The notes under the pieces were generated by a model. That model was not told the DNA's origin. It did not search any database and saw only the letters and a program-made list of their open reading frames with translations. Shown here one piece after another: positions 53,071 through 64,000 of a stretch of 64,000 nt of DNA. Each line of letters starts with the position of its first letter. The stretch's first letter is position 1. Source of the DNA: Octopus sinensis (lineage: Eukaryota); the NCBI RefSeq assembly GCF_006345805.1, contig NC_043026.1, positions 8,246,001 through 8,310,000 on the forward strand. The letters are read 5' to 3'. A program made the translations under genes and the position numbers.

Positions 53071-53929
53071 GGTCGTCGTCGGGTTGTTGATATGATTATC
53101 TGTTGCATGGCTATGCCAACCCCTGTTGAATGCCTTGGTGATGATTGTCTGGCACGAGCAAGTGGACTTTTAAGTGATTAGTTCAGAGTAGAATGGAGTT
53201 GTAACAGAGAACCCCTTCTCACAACATCAACTTTTCTCTAGGATTTCATATTGTCAGTACTATTACAACACACACACACACACACACACACAGAGAAACA
53301 TTTGTTATTCTTACACAAGAAAATTATTGACAGTAACTTTAAAGTTCTGGCCAGCTGAGCCTTCATCTGAGGATGGCGTACAGAGTAGAGAGTAACTCAT
53401 CAGATTGATGGAAAATGATTTTTATTTTAATTGAACATTGAAGCATTTATATACACATATACAGATATTTATACACACATGAAAATGGACATATATGTGT
53501 GTGTGTGTGTGTGTTGTGTGTGTGTGTGTGTGCCAGCCTCGCCTGGCCCCTGTGCCGGTGGCACGTAAAAAAGCACCATCCGATCATGGCCGTTTGCCAG
53601 CCTCGTCTGGTACCTGTGCCGATGGCACGTAAAAAGCACCCACTAAACTCTCGGAGTGGTTGGCGTTAGGAAGGGCATCCAACCGTAGAAACATTGCCAG
53701 ATCAGACTGGGCCTGGTGCAGACTTCTGGCTTCCCAGACCCCAGTTGAACCGGCCAACCCATGCTAGCATGGAAAGCGGACACTAAACGATGATGATGAT
53801 ATATATATATACACACATATATATACAAGGAGAAGTTAAAAATTATCTGCACTTTTGCTATAACATTTTAATTATTGTCTTACTCCCTTCTGCACATGTG
53901 TGCTTATAGTTGGTATTATTTTGGTCACG

Positions 53930-54812
53930 TAACATATGGATGCGAGACCTGGACACTAAAGAAAGCTGACCAGAAGAGAATTAATGCATTCGAGCTTTGG
54001 TGTTGGAGAAGACTTTTACGGATTCCATGGACAGCGAGGCTCACCAATGGAGAAGTTCTTAAGCAGATCAGGCCGAAAATGTCGCTAGAAGCTGGGATCA
54101 CCAAGCATAGATGGCATATTCGGTCATATTATGCGTGAGAAAATCCCTGGAGAAGGACATCATGCTCGGAATGGTCAGTGGCAAGAGAGGAAGAGGCCGA
54201 CCAATGGAGAAGTTCTTAAGCAGATCAGGCGAAAAATGTCGCTAGAAGCTGGGATCACCAAGCATAGATTGGCATATTTCGGTCATATTATGCTGAGAAA
54301 ATCCCTGGAGAAGGACATCATGCTAGGAATGGTCAGTGGCAAGAGAGGAAGAGGCGCGACCAATGGAGAAGTTCTTAAGAGATCAGCCGAAAATGTCCTC
54401 TAGAAGCTGGGATCACACCAAGCATAGATTGGCTATTTCGGTCAATTATGCTGAGAAAATCCCTGGAGAAGACATCATGCTCGGAATGGTCAGTGCAAGA
54501 GGAAGAGGCCGACCATGGAGAGAGTTCAATCTTAGCATCAGGCCGAAAATGTCGCTAGAAGCTGGGATCACAAGCATAGATTGGCATATTTCGGTCATAT
54601 TATGCTGAGAAAATCCCTGGAGAAGGACATCATGCTCGGAATGGTCAGTGGCAAGAGAGGAAGAGGCTGACCAAGAACCCGCTGGCTTGACACCATCAAG
54701 AGTGATACCGGAATGAACATAGCTAATCTGAAAGAAGCGGCCCAGGATAGAACTGACTGGAGGACACTGATCCAACGAGTAACTGAGAGTTGACTTCGAC
54801 TGAGCGGATAGA
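53930..54812 (+). mobile_element. Second RTE (BovB-like) 3' fragment with about 4 copies of the same 158-bp unit
   Basis: Near-identical to 48500-49215; the middle copies are indel-rich. Confidence 0.88.
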
Positions 54813-54829
54813 GAGATAGAATCTAAGTT

Positions 54830-55085
54830 TGAGCCTTATTGCACCAATGAAGAACAAAGAGCAGTGATCCAATTTCTCTGATCAAAAGGTGTGTCAGGAG
54901 CTGAAATTCATCAAAGGCTTTCAGTACTATACAGGGACAGTGCACTACCGCACAGATGTGTGTATGAGTGGATTGAGGAGTTTAAAGGTGGCCAGACAAA
55001 CATGATGCATGAAGGAGCAGGATGCCCATCAACCTCCACCACTGACGAGAAGATACAGGAAGCTCAAGAGATGGTAAACGTGAAC
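54830..55085 (+). mobile_element. Mariner transposase N-terminal (HTH) remnant
   Basis: GAEIHQRL..LY.DSAL....VYEW.EEFKGG...RPSTS pattern. A mariner C-terminal and TIR remnant lies at 58760-59050. Confidence 0.7.
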
Positions 55086-56442
55086 CGGTTCACCATTACT
55101 ATCACTTAGATCACTGTTCTTTGTTCTCCATTGGTGCACATTGCTATATGAGTGGCTGTGCTTACACTGTAAAGCCAGAAAGGAAAATGGTGTTATAAGG
55201 CACAAACTTCGATCATACAACCACAATAGCACCAACTATAAGCATCATACGCAGAAGGCAGTGTGACAATAATGAAAATATGTTATGGCGAAAGTGTAGA
55301 TAATTTGAACATAAAACGTGTAGAATGTTTGACCTGGATATGACTAGTTTGAAAACTAAATGATTAACTATTAGCATTCAGATTATTCTGTCAAATGTAA
55401 TCCTTATTTATTGTTTTGGATTAATCATGGATTATCTCATAGCATTGAGATTTTGATGATGTGATTGTCTATTTTTAGAATGACAGTGTAAGATAAGTGA
55501 GAAAGACCAGATATGGTCAGTTTGAATATATAATGGGGAGAAAATTTTGGCTGGATATGGCTGGTTTAAACACTAAAAAGTTGAAGGGGCTCAAGACCTG
55601 ACCACAATGTTGTTTGGTTCAAATCCTACTAGTGGACGACAACGTATTGTTGATTACATCTCAGTAATGTTTCCATTAAGCCAAACAAAGGATCACAATT
55701 CCTTATCAAAATACTGTAGGTTCAAACCCCACTGCTCAACAATGCACCACAGACTCTTAAAGACCAAGCCCCTGCCCCAAGGAGGTTTGATTTTCTTTTC
55801 CTACATAGTTCTTAAGTAAGACAAACCCAAGGTCCTCATATCTTTTTGTATCCCATAGAAACGAGATCCCTCTGGTGTAAAAATATGTCAGAGGGATTTA
55901 GTTTCCGTGGGATACAAAAAGAAACCAGGACCTTGGACTTTATTTAAAAGCTATGTAGCAAAAAAAACTAGAAGATACAAACCACACTGTCACAGGTTCA
56001 AATCTTACTTCAAGTAGACAGTATTACCCCAGTGTTGCCATCGACTCTTTGTAAACATCAACAGACACATATTTTTTTTACTTGTGTTGGTCATCAGACT
56101 GTGGCCATGCTGGAGCACCTACACACACATTATATATATATACATACATGAGTCTACAGATGAGAACCAGGTGTCCAATATAGAAAACACTTAATAGCAC
56201 TTAAATGATTTGAACTTACATCCCAATATCTTTATCAAGGAGTAAAATCCGCAGGGGCTAAAAAGTGGCTATGAGGGGAATCCAGGTGAGTAGACATGGA
56301 GACAATGATTCAAATAAACAGATAAAACTGCTTGGGTTTGATATAGATATAAATGTATATATATACCGGAGTAAACACATAAATGTGAAACAAGGTGGAA
56401 AAAAGAGTACTCAAATACCAGTGGTAGAGTAAAATGCTTTAT

Positions 56443-56588
56443 TTAAAGCAGCAGAAAATTCAACAAAACCTGTTACTCTGAGTTTCCCGTTGCCGTTCAT
56501 CGGACAGTTTTTGCTAGCAAAAACTGTCCGATGAACGGCAACGGGAACTCAGAGTAACAGGTTTTGTTGAATTTTCTGCTGCTTAAAA
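56443..56588. repeat. Near-perfect loop-less hairpin centred on GCTAGC
   Basis: ~70-bp arms with a one-base indel. Confidence 0.9.
56470..56507 (-). ncRNA. Degenerate hammerhead motif in perfect hairpin (mirror copy on plus lacks one A of GAAA)
   Basis: CUGU-CCGAUGA-ACGGCAACGG-GAAAC-UCAGA-GUA|ACAG. Core U4 is changed to C. Stem III is identical to that of the 37.9-kb motif. Confidence 0.5.
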
Positions 56589-57089
56589 TAAAGTATGTAT
56601 ATGTATATATATATATATATAATATATATATATACATACATACACACACACATAAATCAAGTGAGAGTAAAAACTGAAAATTTTCAGATGAATATTCAAG
56701 TATTAATTAATATATAGATATCTCTTAATATAATAATGAGCATAGTGTAACCATTTCCAAGTACATATATACACATATATATATATATGTATACAAGAGT
56801 GTGTATTTGTCTATAACAAATCTTCATTAAAACATTAATAAATAAAATATAATAAAAAATTTAAAAACAACAAATTAAAGTAAAACAACACAAAAAATTC
56901 AAAGAGTGTGTGTGTGTGTGACAATACCCTGAGAATTGCACAAAAGCTTTTGCTTTTGAATACTTATGTGTATTTATGATCACATGACAGAAAACTTGTG
57001 TGTGGGCGTGAATGCAGGTCTATGAATATATATATATGTATATATGTATATATAAACATATGTATAAAAGTAGTAATGTGTATGTGTAT

Positions 57090-57197
57090 ATAAATATATC
57101 GTGTATTATATAAATAATCCAATATATATACATACATACATACATATATATATATATATATTGTGTATTATATAAATAATCTAATATATATACATAC

Positions 57198-57252
<55 letters not shown>

Positions 57253-57584
57253 TGTGTATTATATATATATATATATATATCGTGTATTATATAAATAATC
57301 TAATATATATACATACATATATATATATAATATCGTGTATTATATAAATAATCTAATATATATACATACATATATATATATATCGTGTATTATATAAATA
57401 ATCTAATATATATACATACATATATATATATATATATAATATATATATAATATATATATATAATATATATATATCGTGTATTATATAAATAATCTAATAT
57501 ATATACATACATATATATATATATAATATATATAACTATATATATATATATATATATCGTGTATTATATAATAATCTAATATAT

Positions 57585-57618
<34 letters not shown>

Positions 57619-57700
57619 ACTATATATTATATATATATATATCGTGTATTATATAAATAATCTAATATATATACATACATATATATATATAATATATATA
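57090..57700. repeat. Compound minisatellite (cgtgtattatataaataatctaatatatatacatac + variable TA) in probable WSB1-like 3' UTR
   Basis: About 9 copies of the constant motif separated by TA runs of variable length. Confidence 0.85.
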
Positions 57701-57948
57701 TATATATAATGTAGGTTATATTTTATATAAATATAATACGCAAATATAAATATGACATTTTTATATATTATATATAATATATATATATATATATATGTTC
57801 TATATAAATATAAACATACATATGTGAGTAGATGTGAGTGTGTGTATGTGTGTGGTGTGTGTGCGTGATTGTCCCCTTCCCCCTTCTGCCCGTTCCTGAC
57901 CGATTCCTTCGGTCAGAGTGTCTCTTGAGGTTAACAAATTGGTGTGCC

Positions 57949-58114
57949 TCACCAAACCTTGTAGGAAAGGTATTTCTTAAGGAAGGCCGGTATGTCTAAC
58001 CGAGAGATGGAGTCTGGCTGGCTCAAATGGAAGCGCAAAACTCTGCGACACAGGTGCTGCAGCTTGGGCGGTTGGTAGGGTATTGTGTAGAAACAGACAT
58101 CTCCAGTTTGGGTC
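57949..58114 (-). CDS. WSB1: WSB1-like terminal coding exon with SOCS box: (G)TQTGDVCFYTIPYQPPKLQHLCRRVLRFHLSQPDSISRLDIPAFLKKYLSYKVW*
   Basis: TTACAG acceptor, TGA at 57949-57951. P.LQHLCR...R BC-box and L.IP..L..YL.Y cullin box define a SOCS box. Phase 2 fits the upstream WD40 exon. Confidence 0.88.
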
Positions 58115-58138
58115 CTGTAACAAGAGAGACAGAATGAG

Positions 58139-58176
<38 letters not shown>

Positions 58177-59064
58177 TTATACACACGCAAACACACTTAT
58201 TATATACACATACATACATGTGTGTGTATATGTGTAGTAATAATAACAACAATAAATTTATAAATATTTAATGCATCACTACAGTGCATGCCATCAAAGT
58301 GACACTGGGGCAAAATATACGAAGCCCAGTATACCCATCATAACTACCCATCTGATAAGGGTACACTAGGCACATGCATCACAACCATACGTGCGTGACA
58401 TGGTGATCTCGTATCAAGATAAACAGCACATGACCTTGCAAGTGGGGCCCAGTTAGAATTTTCTCCAGGTTGAGTAGCCCATCCCGCTCAAAAGGTCCCT
58501 GAATAAGGGTTGTTTAAGGATGTTGAAAGAACCACCCATGTTTCCAGAGGTGAATTATTCAAACCCCAAAGAATCCCTCTCAACACATGGCTATGATGCT
58601 CCCCCACTACTTCTGCTCGTGATCAGAGATGCACATATCGTCAGCCACCAAGGGACATGCTCAACTGGTTAAGGTCAAACAACTGACAAGCAAATCTGTG
58701 GTATTGAGCAGAATATTTGCTGTAGCCCTATTACAACTATATTTACCCTACTGGAATAATGTTTGCCTTTCAAACCCTCTTTCATGGGGCCGAAGAGATG
58801 ATAGTCAAGTGACGAGGAAGTGAAAACTGTAGTGAAAAAGCGGCTCAAAGAACAGCCTACAGAATTTTACGGGGCAGGGATACATGCTCTCATTTGAAGG
58901 CGGAACATTGCTATTGAGAGAAACAGTAACTATGTTGAGAAGTAGGGATGTGATCCACAGAGGACCAGCTTCATTTTGATGTATGATACATGTTCCTGTG
59001 TTGGTAATTATACCTATCCTAAACAAAATGGCATTACTTTTTGACTTACCCTTGTGTGTGTGTG

Positions 59065-59170
<106 letters not shown>

Positions 59171-59363
59171 ATACATCTCCACACCCACATCCAGACCACC
59201 AGCCCTCTTTCACATGCACATACATACTCTCTTATACACACATGCACCGTTGTGTTGGGGGCACCTTCGTTTTGGAAGTCACTTGACCCTGTTATCTCCC
59301 CTACTATCCCTCTAGCGCCTGACCCCTGCCTGAAGTCAGAATGCCATGATAGACTGTAAGCTC

Positions 59364-59950
59364 CTACACGCATATTTTTCTCTCCTTGTTTCTTTTCTGT
59401 GTATCTTTCTGTCGAAGAGAGTTCGATGCAGCTGCCCTCATCTGCACCTCCTGCCGTGAAGTTGGTTCATCCGGGACACCTGACAGGAAGAGATCCAGTC
59501 CTACTTTAAAGACATCTGCATCCACCCCATGCAGGTCCCTCAGGTTCTTCGGGAGGATATTGAAGAGCTGTGGGCCTCTGAAGCCCAGGCTATCACAGTA
59601 TCTTGTCCTACATCTTGATGGCAAATTTGGAGTCCTTGGCACCACGCAGTGGCGTCCAGTTCTCTTTTTTTTTTTTTCTTTGTTCTAACTCGGTGTCATC
59701 ATTTTTGTCATCATCCTCATGCGACTGTTCGTCCACCCCCCGCACACCGCCAACCACCCCCACTGTACTCTCTTCATTGCCACTGCAACCAACACCCACC
59801 ACCCACCACCACCACCATACCTGACAGAAAGAGATCCAGACCTGCATGGGGTGGATGCAGATGTCTTTAAAATAAAACTGGATCTCTTCCTGTCAAGAAC
59901 CAACTTCACAGCAGGAGGTGCAGATGAGGGCAGCTGCGTCAAACTCTCTC
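59364..59950. mobile_element. LINE 3' fragment (FRGPQLFNILP..LR...FK..LD.FL) on minus with an inverted partial copy at 59828-59950
   Basis: Translation resembles L2/Jockey-type RT C-termini; the inverted copy is visible by eye. Confidence 0.65.
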
Positions 59951-60217
59951 ATGCACCAAATGGCAATTGCTAAAAAGCACTCGTGAATTAAAATCATGTA
60001 GCAACACCGAATGGCGGTGCCCCAGCATGGCCACAGCTTGTGAGCTGAAACTAGATGAAATGAAATAAAATAAAATAAAGAGAAAAAAATGGTCACCAAC
60101 CACACAGTTCCGGGTTCAGTCCCGCTGCGTGGCACCTTGGGCAAGTGTCTTCTACTATAGCCTCGGGCAATGCCTTGTGAGTGGATTTGGTAGACGGAAA
60201 CTGAAAGAAGCCCGTCG

Positions 60218-60252
<35 letters not shown>

Positions 60253-60715
60253 TATATATGAGTGGCTGTGTGGTAAGTAGCTTGTTTACCAACCACATGG
60301 TTCCGGGTTCATTCCAACTACGTGGCACCTTGGGCAAGTGTCTTCTACTATAGCCTCGGGCCGACCAAAGCCTTGTGAGTGGATTTGGTAGACGGAAACT
60401 GAAAGAAGCCCGTCGTATATATGTGTGTGTGTTTGTGTGTCTGTGTTTGTCTCCCCAACATTGCTTGACAACCGATGCTGGTGTGTTTACGTCCCCCGTT
60501 ACTTAGCGGTTTAGCAAAAGAGACCGATAGAATAAGTACTAGGCTTACAAAAGAATAAGTCCCCGTGTCGATTTGCTCGACTAAAAGGCGGTGCTCCAGC
60601 ATGGCCGCAGTCAAAATGACTGAAACAAGTAAAAGATAAAAGATAAATAAGAAATTCTTGTGACAACACAGAGAAAGAAATACTGAAGAAAACTTTCAGA
60701 TTCTACAGGACTCAC

Positions 60716-60829
60716 CCCACGGCCACCAAGCTGTTGTTGGGACAAAACGAACAACACAGAGCATTCTTCAAATGAACAATAACTTCAGGGTTTTTGCTGA
60801 GGGACAGGAGATTCCAGACTCTCACATAA
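60716..60829 (-). CDS. WSB1: WSB1-like penultimate coding exon, WD40 repeat: YVRVWNLLSLSKNPEVIVHLKNALCCSFCPNNSLVAV(G)
   Basis: TTTTCAG acceptor, GTGAGT donor, 114 nt, phase 2/2. VRVW and L.NALCCSF resemble WSB1 VRFW...LSNGLCCAFS. WSB1 vs WSB2 cannot be resolved. Confidence 0.85.
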
Positions 60830-63800
60830 CTGAAAAGACAATCAAGGATTATACAGAACTAGCAGTATCGCCCGGCGTTGCTCAGGTTTGTAAGGGAAAT
60901 AACTATAAAGCATTTTAGAGAGTTATAGCCAAAAAATAGCAAAAAAATGGGGAAAAAATGATGGTAAATTTTTTTTGAGAGTTAAAAAAGGTGGAGTTGC
61001 GTCCCCTAGACGGTCTGTGGTTTGGGTTTCTGATTCTCGACCCCATGTCGAATTTATCGATTTTTTTCAGAACTGGGGGAACTTTTCAAAATTTTCGCTG
61101 CGTTAGTTTTGAATTATGACATTGGGCTATGTGTGTGTCAAGTTTCATCAGAATCGGTTGAAAGCCGTGGTCAGGGTGAGGGTACAACCAGACAGACACA
61201 CAGAAACACACACAGACAAACTGCCGTTTATATAGAGAGAGATTTGTTTCTTCTTACGTCCACTTTCCCATGCTGGCATGGGTTAGAGTAGTGTTTCTCA
61301 AACAGTGTTTTTCCCCCATTTGATTTCTATTTTGCTTAAATGGACCTTAACCCTTTAGTGTTCAGATTACTCTGTTAAATGTAATGCTTTTTTTTATTAA
61401 AATTGTTTTGAATTAATCATGCATTATCTTATAGCTTTGAGGTTTCAATGATGTGATTGTTTATTTTCAGAATGGCATTGTAGGTTAGGAGTGAGAGGCC
61501 AGATATCACCAGTTTGAATATAAAACATGTAGAATATATTGGGCCAGATTTGGCCGGTTTAAACACTAAAGGGTTAAATACCCAGTCAGTGTTTTAAAAA
61601 ATCCTATTATTGTATTTTCATATTTAAATTTTTTTATTAGAAATTGTATAAAAAAAAAGTTTTAAATACATTTTGTGCATAGATGCAGACATGGCTGTGT
61701 AGTCAGAAGCTTGCTTACCAACCACGTGGTTCTGGGTTCAGTCCCACTGCATGGCACCTTGGGCAAGTGTATTCCACCATAGCCTTGGCTGACCAAGGCC
61801 TTGTGAGTGGATTTGGCGGTAGACGGAAACTGAAAGAAGCTTGTCATATATATGCATATATTTGGGTGTGTGAGTGTGTGTCTGTGTTTGTCCCCTCACC
61901 ATCGCTTGATAACCGATGTTGGTGTGTTTATGTCCCCATAACTTAGCTATTTGGCAAAAGAGACCGATAGAATTAGTACTAGGCTTACAAAGAATAAGTC
62001 TTGGGGGTTGATTTGCTCAACTAAAACCCCTTAAGGTGTTGCTCCAGCATGGCCACAGCAAAATGACTGAAACAAGTAAAAGAATAAAAGAATTGTAGAA
62101 GTATAAACCAATTTCTTGCTCATAAACTTTAACCTTTTTGTTACCAGATTTAGGCTATTATTTCTAGCATACAGAGTGACCACATTGAGGTCTCCTCGTT
62201 TCATGTCTTCTGCTGATTATTTTTCTTAACCCTTTTGTTACCCTATTTCTGTTGAGATGCTCTGTGTTTCTTTCAATTAATCTTAAATGCAGTAATCCTG
62301 AGCCACTTTGCAGTTCACCCATCGCTGTTTATCATTTAAACTTACGTTGATTCCTCTGTGGTGTTGTTTTGCATTTCCAATCCGATTGTGGCCATTTGCC
62401 AGCTCCGTCTGGCACCTGTGCGGGTGGCACGTAAAAAGCACCCACTACACTTACGGAGTGGTTGGCGTTAGGAAAGGCATCCAGCTATAGAAACATTGCC
62501 AGATCAGATTAGAGTCAGGTGCAGCCTCCTGGCTTCCTAGATCCCCGGTCGAACCGTCCAACCCATGCTAGCATGGAGAACGGATGTTAAACGACGATGA
62601 TGATGATGAATACAATAGATAAATACAAAGTATAAAAATAATAATAAAAAAGAAATAATAAATCTCTGAACGAGATGTAAACAGTAACTGCACGACAAAG
62701 TGAGGTATATTTGCCATCTCAATATGGCTAACCACTAAGCGTGGGTGTTACTGTAGCTTTTAGCCCCAGGAGAACATCGTCTCCAGCTGGCTTTAGGCAC
62801 ACTTTCTGTGCCCTTATGGTATTTGCAAAGGGAGGTCATCCCTCTCTCATAAGCCGAAGTGATACACATGGACTGCAGTTTCTAGGTATTGACCTGTCGT
62901 CGGCGTACAACAATCACCGGTTTTAGGGGTCAATAAATTAAGTACCAGTTACACACTGGGGTTGATATAATCAACTTATTTCCTCTCACAAAATTTTAGG
63001 CCTTGTGTTTATAGTAGAAAGGATTATTATTATTATTATTATTAACATGGTAAGCTGGCAGAATCATTAGCATGCTGGGCAAAATGCCCAACAGTATTTC
63101 GCTTGTCACTCAGTTCTAAGTTCAAATTCTGCTGAGGTTGACAAATTAAGCTCCAATTGTGTACTAAGTGGAAGCACATTGCCTAGTGGTTAGAGCAGCA
63201 GACTTGCGGTCGAGGGATCGTGGGTTCAAATCTCAGACCGGGCAATGTGTGTGTTTATGAGCGAAACACCTAAGCTCCACACGGCTCCGTCAGAAGGTAA
63301 TGGCGAAACTATTGCTAACTCTTTCGCCACAACTTTCTCTCACTCTTTCCCCCTGCATCTTGCAGCTTACCTGCGACGGACCAGCGTCCCGTCCAGGTGG
63401 GGAACCTATACGCCAAGAAATCGGGAAACCGACCCTTATGAGCCAGGCATGGCTCGAGAAGGAACAAACAAACAAAAACAATTGTGTACTGGGGTCGACG
63501 TAATCAACTAGTCCCCTCCCACCAAAATTTCAGGCCTTGTGTTTATAGTAGAAAGGATTATTATTATTATTATTATTAACATGGTAAGCTGGCAGAATCG
63601 TTAGCATGCTGGGCAAAATGCCCAATGGTATTTCGCCTGTCACTCAGTTCTGAGTTCAAATTCTGCTGAGGTTGACAAATTAAGCTCCAGTACTGGGGTC
63701 GACGTAATCGACTAAGTTAAGTTAAATTTTTTGGCTCAAAAAGCAAAAGCAAGGTCATGTAGGGGGACATGGAGTTATGTACAGGGAGTGTGTTCATGCA

Positions 63801-64000
63801 AAGAGTTCAGGCCATTTCTGGTCAAGAGAGACTTTGAACCGAGCGGTCGTCAGCATCTTCACTATCTCGTCCGGCAGCTTATTCCACGAATCTGCAACCC
63901 GGACGGAGAAAGCCCCTCTCCTTCGATTGAGATGAAATCGTCGCAGATAGAGCTTTTCGGAGTGACCCCTGCAGCCGACGCTCTTTAGCAGGAGTGAAGA

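Noticed and set aside
53390-53420. CTGATGA on the minus strand near 53400
   Set aside because: No downstream GAAA or NUH and no stem I pairing.
62281-62380. Possible upstream WSB1-like exon (NDKQRWVN)
   Set aside because: Similarity to WSB1 ANDRWVR is too weak and the splice sites do not give a clean exon; earlier exons probably lie beyond the window.

Overview
Repeat-dense eukaryotic genomic DNA, most likely an octopus (inferred from abundant cephalopod-type tRNA-derived SINEs and very long TA/TACA microsatellites). Almost all long six-frame ORFs are microsatellite or satellite read-through artefacts. Two real spliced genes can be reconstructed by hand on the minus strand. The first is GUCD1: eight phase-consistent coding exons between 15606 and 33887, plus two candidate first exons at 46214-46385 and 53025-53070. 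The second is the last two coding exons of a WD40/SOCS-box gene (WSB1-like, 57949-60829). The rest is SINEs, RTE/CR1/other LINE 3' fragments, a decayed mariner, a Penelope-like (PLE) remnant, MITE-like hairpins and minisatellites. The most interesting unannotated layer is a dispersed set of about 13 type I hammerhead ribozyme motifs at 9 loci. One (26114-26200) has an intact core and a GUC site on the GUCD1 pre-mRNA strand. Four palindromes, including a 6.6-kb one, carry a hammerhead near both outer ends, always in the same polarity.
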